Of a DNA stretch of 32,000 nt, positions 24,116 to 32,000 are shown one piece after another. The notes beneath the pieces are model-generated. The model worked only from the letters and a program-made list of their open reading frames with translations, ran no database searches and was not told the DNA's origin. The translations under genes and the position numbers were made by a program. The DNA is taken from assembly GCA_026625185.1 (NCBI GenBank), contig CP113000.1, forward strand, positions 795,622-827,621. The letters run 5' to 3'. Numbering within the stretch: the stretch's first letter is position 1; each line of letters opens with the position of its first letter. The stretch is from Thermodesulfobacteriota bacterium. GTDB lineage: Bacteria; Desulfobacterota; WTBG01; JAGOGO01.

Positions 24116-25846
24116 ATGAGGTTGGAAAGACCGAGCTATGAAGAACTTGAGCAAATGGTCACAGAACTCAAGGAGGAAAACCGAAAGCACCGACAGGCGG
24201 AAGAGCAACTTCGCAAGAGTGAAGATAAGTACCGGACACTTATTGAAAATTTACCTCAAAAAATATTCCTTAAGGATAAAAATAGCGTTTATGTCTCCTG
24301 TAACGAAAATTACGCGAGAGATTTAAAGATCAATCCCAATGAAATTACTGGAAAAACTGATCGCGAGTTTTGGCCAAAGGAACTTGCTGATAAATACATT
24401 ACAGATGATAAAAAGGTTATGGAGTTGGGAAAAACTGAACATATCGAAGAGCAATATATTCAAATGGGAAAGGAACGTTACGTTCAAACAGTCAAGACCC
24501 CGGTCAAGGATGAAAATAATAATGTCATTGGTGTGTTGGGAATTTTTTGGGATATCACGGAACGCAAACTGATGGAGGAAGAACTTAAAAATTATCGAGA
24601 TCACCTTGAGTCCCTGGTAATTGAGCGCACCGCTGAACTATATGAGACAAATCGACAATTGCAGCAGAAAATCATTGATTTCAAGCAGGCTGAAGAAGAA
24701 ACCCGGAAATTGAATGCCCTTGTTCGACAGGAGAAAGACAGGCTATTAGCACTGGTCAACAGCATGAACGATGAGGTCTGGTTTATTGATACGCAGAGGA
24801 GATTCACATTATTAAATCCATTTCGCCATAGGTTCGACCCTGACTCTGGTGAGTGGGTAGACGAGAAAAAGCTCGCAGGGAAGCTGGAAATTTATCGTCA
24901 TGATGGCAGCATCCGTCCTCTCGAAGAGTCGCCGGCATTGCGTGCCCTTCAGGGTGAAGTCATTGAGAACTTAGAGGAGATAATCCGAATTCCCACCAGC
25001 GGTGAGTTGCGGTACCGCTCGGTCAATGCAGCCCCGGTTAAAAATAACAGTGGCGATATCATTGGGTCGGTATCCGTTGTTCGAGACATCACCGAACGCA
25101 AACAGGTAGAAAAGGCATTGATCAAGTCTGAAACCCGTACGCGAGCGCTAAATGAACAGATTCTTAACATGTTGATGGTTGTCTCCCATGATCTAAGAAG
25201 TCCCCTTGTTGCTGTTGAAGCAACGCTTAAGCTGCTTATGCGTGGAATTTATGGACAAATGGATACCAGCGTGAAAAATACGGTGATTGATTTGCATGAC
25301 CGAATTCAGGGGTTGCTGGGAGTGGCTGAAGACTGTCTGGGCAAGGTTTCAGGAGTAACAGGTAATGTTGATTTTACAAAAAAGCTGCTGGATTTAAGGG
25401 AAGATATTATAGACCCGGTCCTGGATGAACTTTTGGGGGAGATGGAAAAACAAAACATAGTAATCGATAATCGTTTGGGCGCTATTCCCACTAAGCGAAT
25501 TCCCATCAAAGCAGATAAGGTTTGGCTTAAAATTGTATTCCGAAATCTTTTCAATAATGCCATCAAATACGGCGGCAAGGGATGTGAGATAGCCTTTGGT
25601 TGCGAAGACTGCGGATCATACTACAAACTTAATGTTTATAATAGTGGAGCGCCGATTGCGGATGATGTCTGCGAAAAACTGTTTACAAAATTTAATCGGA
25701 ATAAAGCGGAGGGTGAGTTGCCTTCTGAAGGAATGGGTCTGGGGCTGTATCTGACCAAAAAGATCATTCGGAATCATGGCGGTGACATTTGGTATGAACC
25801 CAAAGAAGGGGGTTCCAATTTTGTTCTAACCCTTCCCAATGAGTGA
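24116..25846 (+). CDS. soluble coiled-coil / dual-PAS sensor histidine kinase
   Basis: ATG 24116 with an AAGGGAGA SD. It has two PAS modules (each ending ...DITERK), the HisKA H-box VVSHDLRSPL, and HATPase motifs NLFNNAIKYG and GMGLGLYL. No TM segment. Confidence 0.9.
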   Translation: MRLERPSYEELEQMVTELKEENRKHRQAEEQLRKSEDKYRTLIENLPQKIFLKDKNSVYVSCNENYARDLKINPNEITGKTDREFWPKELADKYITDDKKVMELGKTEHIEEQYIQMGKERYVQTVKTPVKDENNNVIGVLGIFWDITERKLMEEELKNYRDHLESLVIERTAELYETNRQLQQKIIDFKQAEEETRKLNALVRQEKDRLLALVNSMNDEVWFIDTQRRFTLLNPFRHRFDPDSGEWVDEKKLAGKLEIYRHDGSIRPLEESPALRALQGEVIENLEEIIRIPTSGELRYRSVNAAPVKNNSGDIIGSVSVVRDITERKQVEKALIKSETRTRALNEQILNMLMVVSHDLRSPLVAVEATLKLLMRGIYGQMDTSVKNTVIDLHDRIQGLLGVAEDCLGKVSGVTGNVDFTKKLLDLREDIIDPVLDELLGEMEKQNIVIDNRLGAIPTKRIPIKADKVWLKIVFRNLFNNAIKYGGKGCEIAFGCEDCGSYYKLNVYNSGAPIADDVCEKLFTKFNRNKAEGELPSEGMGLGLYLTKKIIRNHGGDIWYEPKEGGSNFVLTLPNE

Positions 25847-25861
25847 CTATGAGGGCTTAAC

Positions 25862-26150
25862 TTGCTAAGAATAATATTTATTGCTGAAGATGAAAACCAT
25901 CTATAGGGTATTTTATGTATCTTACGACAAAAAACCATTTATTTAATAACCGGATCAAAAGTTTAAAGAGTATTTGGTTGGAAATGTCTTTAAATGGGGT
26001 GACCGGAAGTAAACCTTTGGGCTTGCTGACCAAGGTGCTATAAATTTAACAATTGAATCATGCCTTCCCAAAAAAACGGTTTTCCTTTAGACCTCGCTTA
26101 CTATTAAGGTGGGTGCTTAAAAAATGTCAGAAGGTGGCATCGTGCGATAA
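25862..26150 (+). pseudogene. heavily degraded response-regulator gene downstream of the kinase
   Basis: GAGGG SD plus TTG 25862, giving LRIIFIAEDENHL and then TAG (25904). Downstream, in shifted frames, are WLEMSLNGVTGSKPLGLLTK (a D-x-x-L-P-G-x-x-G-like region) and TVFL*TSLTIKVGA*. There are multiple stops and frameshifts. The end coordinate is approximate. Confidence 0.4.
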
Positions 26151-26208
26151 AAGAGAGACCGGTTGTTATTGGAACGTCTGAGAATATTAAAAATATTTGT
26201 TAACCGGC

Positions 26209-27762
26209 TTAGTTTTTTATGGTTCCTACCCCATAATCTCCGATTATTCGTTGGTCAACTTCCATAAGCTCGGTGACGCTCAGGTTGCTGATATCGACAA
26301 ATTTGCCGTTTTCCGGCCGACTGAGGTCGGTTAAATCCATTATCCGCGAGAAGGTATTAGCTACAAACAGCTCTCCCTGGGGAGAACTTCTGCGAATGCC
26401 GAAAACTAATTTTTTCTGAATGTCAGGAGGGAGGAGGCTAATTAAATGTTTTGACGTCCAGATTGCACCATCGCGGGCAAATTCGGAAAGTCTTCCGGCA
26501 AAGTTCACGGTGTCCCCTAAGGCGGTAAACTGGTTTACGGGAATGTAGCCAAACCATTCTCTTCCTTCATGGATGCCGATATTAAAACAAAGCCTATTGG
26601 TCCATTGCTTTTTAATATTCCATTCCGAATTGATCTCGGCGAGTTTTTTTCTGATTTCATACGCGCAGAGGAGCCCGTTTAAAACATGTTGAAAAGGTGA
26701 TTCCGGCTCAGCTAAAAAAAACCTCACCAATCCGTCCCCAACATGCTTCCCCATGGTGCCGTGATATTTCCTAAAAGAATTTTCCATCCTTGACCAGATC
26801 TCTGAGACCAATTCAAAGTATTCAGCCGGTGGAAGGTCAGCAGAAATTTTGACCGAGTTCTGCAAATCTGCCACGAGCACACAAAGGGAACAAAAAGAGG
26901 GCATTTTATTTAACATAAGGTCCCGAACAATTTTTTCCCTACCCAAAAGAAGATCCATAATCGGATCAAGTAATACATTAACAGGAATCAAAATTAAGAG
27001 CGTTCCTTCACGGAAAACACAGGAAATAAAGTTGTATTTTTTCCCACCTTCAAGGTGATGGTTTAAAACAAATTCTCTTTTTTCAATGGGTGTTTTTTGC
27101 CTGCTTTCTTTTTTTCTCCATAAGTTACTCAATAAAGACAGCTCCGCTTGGGAAAGAGACCGCAATGTCGAGTTATCGAGGGGAGAAGGAATATCATGAC
27201 TTGCAACCTCAGCATTTAAACTGATGAACTCTTCCAAATTCAAGAGAGCGGTTTTAGGAAGCGTGAGCGCGGTTTTAGGAAGAGCTTTGACGAGAAGTCT
27301 AAAAATATTTCTTTCTTCTGCAGTTGGTAAGTTTTTTAAATTATCTGCAAAAAGTAATTCCTCAGCGCTTTGGTTAATCCATTCCAGTTCCCATCTTCGG
27401 TTAACCATGTAAGCAGGATACCCTATTTCTGTTATCCGACCATATTTCCCTCTTTTTTCATGAGGACTCTCTGTTCCATCGCCAGGGTTTTTAAAAAGCA
27501 AGGGAGTAACTTTGTATGACGGCATTTCCTCCTCCTCTGAAGCACTTAATTCCTCTTCCTGTTTATTTTCACTCCATCCTTGAGCAGTGTTAGTATCATT
27601 TTGCACATTATTAATTAATGGGTTTTTCTCATCCCTGATTTCAATATTATTTTCATCCGGGGAACAGCCGGAAACATTATCACCCCCAGTTTTTTCATGG
27701 ATCTTGGCGAGTTTTTGGGTTAGGGGATCGTAAATATATCTTTGTTTCATCGAGTTATTCAC
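26209..27762 (-). CDS. class III adenylate/guanylate cyclase with an N-terminal acidic region and a PAS-like sensor region
   Basis: C-terminal catalytic core: VLVADLQNSVKI, GKHVGDGLVRFF, FNIGIHEG and ALGDTVNFAGRL. The start is GTG 27762 or ATG 27750. Confidence 0.85.
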   Translation of the reverse strand: MNNSMKQRYIYDPLTQKLAKIHEKTGGDNVSGCSPDENNIEIRDEKNPLINNVQNDTNTAQGWSENKQEEELSASEEEEMPSYKVTPLLFKNPGDGTESPHEKRGKYGRITEIGYPAYMVNRRWELEWINQSAEELLFADNLKNLPTAEERNIFRLLVKALPKTALTLPKTALLNLEEFISLNAEVASHDIPSPLDNSTLRSLSQAELSLLSNLWRKKESRQKTPIEKREFVLNHHLEGGKKYNFISCVFREGTLLILIPVNVLLDPIMDLLLGREKIVRDLMLNKMPSFCSLCVLVADLQNSVKISADLPPAEYFELVSEIWSRMENSFRKYHGTMGKHVGDGLVRFFLAEPESPFQHVLNGLLCAYEIRKKLAEINSEWNIKKQWTNRLCFNIGIHEGREWFGYIPVNQFTALGDTVNFAGRLSEFARDGAIWTSKHLISLLPPDIQKKLVFGIRRSSPQGELFVANTFSRIMDLTDLSRPENGKFVDISNLSVTELMEVDQRIIGDYGVGTIKN

Positions 27763-27914
27763 CAGATTTTACAATGATTCTTATTTAATGTCGGCTAAGT
27801 TTTGAGGGCCTCAAGAGAAAAATATGCCATTTTCTCCTATAATAAATTTTTTAATCAATATAAAAAAAATTAACTGATAAAAAAATAATTTTAAAATAGT
27901 TAGTTAACTTATTT

Positions 27915-27936
27915 AATATACAATATATTGTATATT
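27915..27936. repeat. perfect 22-bp palindrome in a divergent promoter region
   Basis: AATATACAATA/TATTGTATATT, checked base by base. It lies between the cyclase gene and cvpA. Confidence 0.85.
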
Positions 27937-28264
27937 TTTCAACGAACCTAACCACAGGCAGTAGAAGTACTGTTTGCAATTAATAATAATTAGATATTAA
28001 ATAGTTATATTTGAAATCTATAGTAATGCTTTACTTTTTAATTGTCAAGGAAATAATTTTTTGCCTGTCAATGAAAAATTAAAAAAATAAATTTTGTTCA
28101 CTTTAGGCAAAAAAATAAGTATTAGAATATCGTTAAATCACTCAATAGGATATTTTAGTAAGGTGAATAATCAATGGTGACTAAACTTCTACGTGGCGCA
28201 TCTAACAGGGGATTACGGTATAGTTTTTATAAAAATGTATTAGTAGTGGTCTTGCTGAGTTAAG

Positions 28265-28852
28265 ATGAATATTTTAGATTTTGTTATCCTTTTCATGGTG
28301 TTTATTTCCAGCTTTTATGGCTTCTTTCGGGGGTTTATTCGGGGTATTTTTTCTATCATATCACTTGTGCTCGGTCTTTTATTGGCCGTTAGGTTCTATC
28401 CTTTGTCCGCGCAGCATCTTTCGGCGGTGGCAAATGATCTCATGCTCAGAAACCTCATTGGTTTTATTTTTATTTTTATTGGGGTTAGCCTGGTGCTTAC
28501 TGTAATCGGAATCATCGTTCGAAGGGTTTTTACCCTCTGTAAACTCGGAACATTTGATCGGGTGTTGGGGGCTCTACTTGGTCTCTTCAAGGGTATTTTT
28601 ATGGGTACGGCTCTTGTTTTTGGTTTAATTTTCTTTTTGCCTTCTAATCACTCGGTGTTAATTCAATCAAGACTAAGCCTTTATTTCGTGCGTTTGGGCG
28701 AAATTCCCTTAGAAGCAGCTCCAGATAAAATAAAACACAATATTAACAGTAAAAAAGAAGTGTTGCTTGATCATTGGAAAACAAATTCCGCTCTTTTTAA
28801 AGGGAAGACACCTCTGGAACCGGAGTCGGTAACACCACAGGAAGAGACATGA
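28265..28852 (+). CDS. cvpA: CvpA family membrane protein
   Basis: 195 aa. The N-terminus MNILDFVILFMVFISSFYGFFRGFIRGIFSI and four TM helices are typical of the colicin V production protein family. Confidence 0.85.
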   Translation: MNILDFVILFMVFISSFYGFFRGFIRGIFSIISLVLGLLLAVRFYPLSAQHLSAVANDLMLRNLIGFIFIFIGVSLVLTVIGIIVRRVFTLCKLGTFDRVLGALLGLFKGIFMGTALVFGLIFFLPSNHSVLIQSRLSLYFVRLGEIPLEAAPDKIKHNINSKKEVLLDHWKTNSALFKGKTPLEPESVTPQEET

Positions 28853-29044
28853 GGTGGATTAGGTTTTTTTTAAAAGACCTATGAGTTCAGTTTTTACTTG
28901 GAGTTGACTCATGAACTGGATGGTTATTGAAGAATATAATCGCTTGTATCATCGGCCCGGAATGACATAAGTGGTTAATAATTTAGTAGAAACCGGCTAA
29001 TAGTTTCTAAGGGCACTCAGTTTTATTTTTCCCTTTTCAGCAAC

Positions 29045-31216
29045 CTATAAACTTAACTTTACATCCTTTTGAAGATTGAGCAGCTCATTCATTTTAGTTG
29101 AAATTTCTTTTAAAAAAATTTGTATGGTCGGCATAGTCTCCTGATTAAAAGAAGTTGTCAAGGCAATGAATTTTAATTCTAACGGTATATCTTTTACAAT
29201 AAAAGATTCGGAATGGAGGATTTTCAAGAGCCTTTGTAGCGCGAGACTGGCACCTCTTTCATCGTTCATGGGAAGCATAAGAAGAATTTTGTTTTCTTCC
29301 AAAACACCAAGAAAATCAGTATCGCGCATTACTTTTATCAAGTGCTCCATAACGACAAACCAGATATCATGCAGCTTAATTTTTTCTGAGGAGACAGGTG
29401 CTTTTGGAATAATGTTTACCAGTGACAAGGTAAGGGTTGAAAACGGCACCTTATAACGCCACGCTCTTGAGATCTCTTTTTTAAGGAAAAAGAGGATATT
29501 GCTCCGGTTAAAAGCCCCTTTAGGGTAGGTTCTTTTTTCAGCTTCCTTTGCTTGATGTTGCGTTCGTTTGGCGATTTCGTCAGCAATAATTTTAAGTTTA
29601 TCTTCCTCAAACCCCTGAGCTCGTAAGGATGAAATGATTTTTTCCAGAATAATCTGAATGTCTTTTTCGCTATCAATGCTTTCTTCGATCAGCGCAAGCA
29701 GAGCCGGCAGTTCCATGCTCACGTCGTCAGATAATGAAATTTTCCGCGTGACCCAGGCGGATGTTGTCTGCTTCAGAACCTCTTCTAAATGGTCATCAAG
29801 TTTTTTCTCCACCACGCTCAATAGCTGGGAATCTATTTTCCCTTGGAAACGCGAAAGCAGCTTTGACTGAACCTGAGAGATTAGTTCTTTGAGATGTTTT
29901 CCCCCTTCTTCTTTTTGTTCCGCCGCATCCAGCGCCAACTCACTTCCGATCCTTTCTACATAGTTTGCCAGTAATTCGCAAAATATTTTGTCGTCCCCGG
30001 TTCCTCGTCTAATTTCAGCGGCAAGAAAGATTAGCTCCGCGGCTCCGGTTGGATCACGCTTGACTTCCTTGATCAGATCATCACCCGATAACCCTATGTT
30101 GTCTGCGCTTTCTTTGAGCACCTGAGCCAATTCTTCGCTTTGCAATTCCTTGCCAAGTTCCTGAATAAGTCGAAGAAATTCAACCAGAGACATACCTTCA
30201 GCCAGCAGAGTTTCTTTTAACAGAGGAAGGAGGCGTTTGATTTCTCCCGGCTCAGGGAGAAGGCGACGAATTATCTGGGCAAGCCGGGGAATAGAAATTT
30301 CCCCCTGGTTATACTCTTCCCTGACAATGCGCACCATAACCTGATCAGTTAACGCAGTTGTTTCCTTCAGGACCATGTCTTCATGAGAGAAGCCAACCCC
30401 TAACGCTTTTTGTGCTTTAAGCTCCTCGATCAGATTTTTTTTCATGGTAAAGATCGAATCGGCCAACCGAATTAGGTCAACCGGTTCGGTTCCCGGCGAG
30501 GTCTGTTTCAGTTCCTGGTTGATCTGCTGGAGTTGCTGGCTGAGCATAACACCGACCTTACTGCTTTCACCGGTTTGCTGGGAAAGCAACAGGGCCTGGG
30601 AAAATTTTGTGGGATCCTCGACCAATGTGTGGAGAGAAAGAGATTTTTCAAGCTCCTCCAAAATGATTTGTTCAGTAAGCACTTCTTTTAAAGCATCAGT
30701 GCCTATGTCATGAGCAGTTTTAGTTAAAGTGGATAACGTTTCCGGTAAGGTGTCTCGTGAAATGATCTGGTCGTCCTGCGTCATTTTCTGTAAGAAGGTG
30801 TGATTGATCTTAAGGTGAGTGATTTCCATTGTGGTCAGGGCGGTTGTGATGGAGTCCCCAGTCGGGTAGGTTTTTTGATCAGAAAAAACTTTCAGAAACC
30901 CCCTTATCTCGGTTTCACTCAAACCCCGTTCGAAGGATAGGGACTGGATATTGGCCTTTTTAAAATGGGGAAGCATTTTTGAGGTGTTGATCCGAGGGTC
31001 AAAGGGCTGCTCTTCAAGGAAAAATTTATCGTGCAGCATAATGAAGGAGATTGAAGGCACCATCCTGAAACCTTCCCGTAAGGCTTTCAAGAACTCTTCC
31101 GCGGCTTGGACCGCAGCGGGATGATCAAGATGATACATTGCAATGCGATTCATAAGGAGGTTGAAACATCTTTCGATACTGTAAGATGTTGGTTTTGGCA
31201 GTAATAATTTTTTCAT
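29045..31216 (-). CDS. large helical signalling protein with a C-terminal degenerate GGDEF domain (RxxD retained, GGDEF replaced by EENKI)
   Basis: 723 aa. The C-terminal ~170 aa fits a GGDEF fold (FNRSNILFFLKKEISRAWRYKVPFSTLTL...RDTDFLGVLEENKILLMLP...). The N-terminal ~140 aa resembles the regulatory N-domains seen on HD-GYP-type proteins, and no HD motif is present. It lies 12 nt downstream of the kinase gene. Confidence 0.75.
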   Translation of the reverse strand: MKKLLLPKPTSYSIERCFNLLMNRIAMYHLDHPAAVQAAEEFLKALREGFRMVPSISFIMLHDKFFLEEQPFDPRINTSKMLPHFKKANIQSLSFERGLSETEIRGFLKVFSDQKTYPTGDSITTALTTMEITHLKINHTFLQKMTQDDQIISRDTLPETLSTLTKTAHDIGTDALKEVLTEQIILEELEKSLSLHTLVEDPTKFSQALLLSQQTGESSKVGVMLSQQLQQINQELKQTSPGTEPVDLIRLADSIFTMKKNLIEELKAQKALGVGFSHEDMVLKETTALTDQVMVRIVREEYNQGEISIPRLAQIIRRLLPEPGEIKRLLPLLKETLLAEGMSLVEFLRLIQELGKELQSEELAQVLKESADNIGLSGDDLIKEVKRDPTGAAELIFLAAEIRRGTGDDKIFCELLANYVERIGSELALDAAEQKEEGGKHLKELISQVQSKLLSRFQGKIDSQLLSVVEKKLDDHLEEVLKQTTSAWVTRKISLSDDVSMELPALLALIEESIDSEKDIQIILEKIISSLRAQGFEEDKLKIIADEIAKRTQHQAKEAEKRTYPKGAFNRSNILFFLKKEISRAWRYKVPFSTLTLSLVNIIPKAPVSSEKIKLHDIWFVVMEHLIKVMRDTDFLGVLEENKILLMLPMNDERGASLALQRLLKILHSESFIVKDIPLELKFIALTTSFNQETMPTIQIFLKEISTKMNELLNLQKDVKLSL

Positions 31217-31228
31217 GGCGTACGTTTT

Positions 31229-32000
31229 TTATTTTAAATAATTTTTTTCATAATTTTCCAAGCGATTCAGAAAATCCCGGCAGGTAGGATATCGATCATC
31301 CGGATCATAAGCGATCGCCCTTGAAACAATTTCATCCATTTCTTTATGAAGATTTGGGTTAAGATCAGAGGGATTTTTTAAAAAGACTCCCTTTTTATCA
31401 TACGCCTTTCGTTTGAGAAAGGCTTCGGTCGATTCATTTTCTAAAAATGGCAGCTCCGGTACCAGCATCTCGAAAAGCACGACCCCAACTCCATAAATAT
31501 CTGTCCGGCCGTCAACCTTTAACCCTAAGATTTGCTCAGGAGCCATATATGCCGGAGTTCCCCGAATTAGAAAATCAATGTTGTCACCTCGTAAAACTTT
31601 GGCCAATCCAAAATCAGAAATGATGGGTCTTTTGGTGTGTTTTTCCATGAGAATGTTGTCGGGTTTTATGTCACGGTGGATAATTTCTTCATTATGGGCA
31701 TAATCGAGGGCATCGAGCACTTGCGCGATGATTCGGATGGATGTTTTCACCGGTAAAATGCGCCGTGACGCCATAAAATGACTTTGGACTTTTTCCAGGA
31801 TAAATCCAAGTGAGTCCCCTTTAACCAATTGCATCGTAAAAAAAAGGTAATCTTCGGTTTCCCCAATTTCGTAGACCTGAACAATATTGGGATGTGAAAG
31901 GATAGCGGCTGACTCAGCTTCATGGTGAAACCGCTCAGTCACTGATGCCGTAAAATAGCATTTGGGGATGAGTTTTAAAGCGATCTGCCTTTTTAATGTT
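31229..32000 (-). CDS. Hanks-type Ser/Thr protein kinase, 5' end outside the window
   Basis: HRDIKPDNIL, DFGLAK and GTPAYMAPE. The frame stays open upstream of the track's GTG start to the window edge (...RQIALKLIPK is the VAIK-type Lys motif), so the gene is partial. Confidence 0.9.
   Translation of the reverse strand, partial: TLKRQIALKLIPKCYFTASVTERFHHEAESAAILSHPNIVQVYEIGETEDYLFFTMQLVKGDSLGFILEKVQSHFMASRRILPVKTSIRIIAQVLDALDYAHNEEIIHRDIKPDNILMEKHTKRPIISDFGLAKVLRGDNIDFLIRGTPAYMAPEQILGLKVDGRTDIYGVGVVLFEMLVPELPFLENESTEAFLKRKAYDKKGVFLKNPSDLNPNLHKEMDEIVSRAIAYDPDDRYPTCRDFLNRLENYEKNYLK

Noticed and set aside
23291-25906. In-frame TAA/TAG/TGA codons in several small genes as evidence for recoding (pyrrolysine, selenocysteine) or an alternative genetic code.
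   Set aside because: TAG, TAA and TGA all terminate confident full-length genes here: TAG ends the kinase at 3686 and the DsrM-like gene at 7902. The interrupted genes also show lost catalytic residues and frameshifts. I saw no SECIS-like hairpin or pyl genes. Gene decay is the simpler explanation.

Overview
This 32-kb chromosomal window looks like it comes from a Gram-negative anaerobe of the Desulfobacterota (deltaproteobacterial) type. That placement is inferred from gene content only: DsrMK/HdrD-family Fe-S redox proteins, a sigma-54 enhancer-binding protein, an ECF-type Ni/Co transporter behind an outer-membrane porin, and many soluble PAS sensors. The genetic code is standard (TAA, TAG and TGA all end confident genes), and the intergenic regions are long and very AT-rich. 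I saw no rRNA, tRNA, cas genes or intact mobile element. Layout: (1) 0.1-9.6 kb is a redox/signalling cluster. It holds an orphan HdrD/DsrK-like Fe-S protein and a receiver-less PAS/sigma-54 activator. Its core is a minus-strand operon of a DsrM-like cytochrome b, a DsrK-like protein, a USP-like protein, a HEAT-repeat protein, a CheY-like receiver and a PAS histidine kinase, driven by a good sigma-54 promoter match with an upstream TGCAAC site array. A second CheY-like receiver is transcribed divergently. (2) 10.1-16.3 kb holds a Cys-rich 4Fe-4S protein, a small helical protein, glgA, a membrane protein, lemA and an M48 peptidase with GYF-like and double zinc-ribbon C-terminal domains. (3) 16.35-20.3 kb is a porin-cbiM(N)-cbiQ-cbiO operon whose promoter carries a NikR-type dyad, so it is probably a nickel importer. 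(4) 20.3-26.2 kb is a decaying regulatory island. It holds an IS3 transposase relic, a triple-PAS LuxR-type regulator, a 38-bp direct repeat pair, and three small genes (a Rho_N/SAP-like Cys protein, a gene with an in-frame TAA at codon 3, and a FYVE-like zinc finger). It also holds a PAS histidine kinase flanked by two degraded receiver-domain genes. (5) 26.2-32 kb holds a class III nucleotide cyclase, cvpA, a 723-aa helical protein ending in a degenerate GGDEF domain with an intact RxxD site, and a Hanks-type Ser/Thr kinase that runs off the window. The best candidate for an undescribed system is the sigma-54-controlled DsrMK-like thiol/disulfide module wired to sensors that share a three-Cys PAS signature. 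All functional calls rest on motif recognition by eye, since no database search, HMM or folding program could be run.
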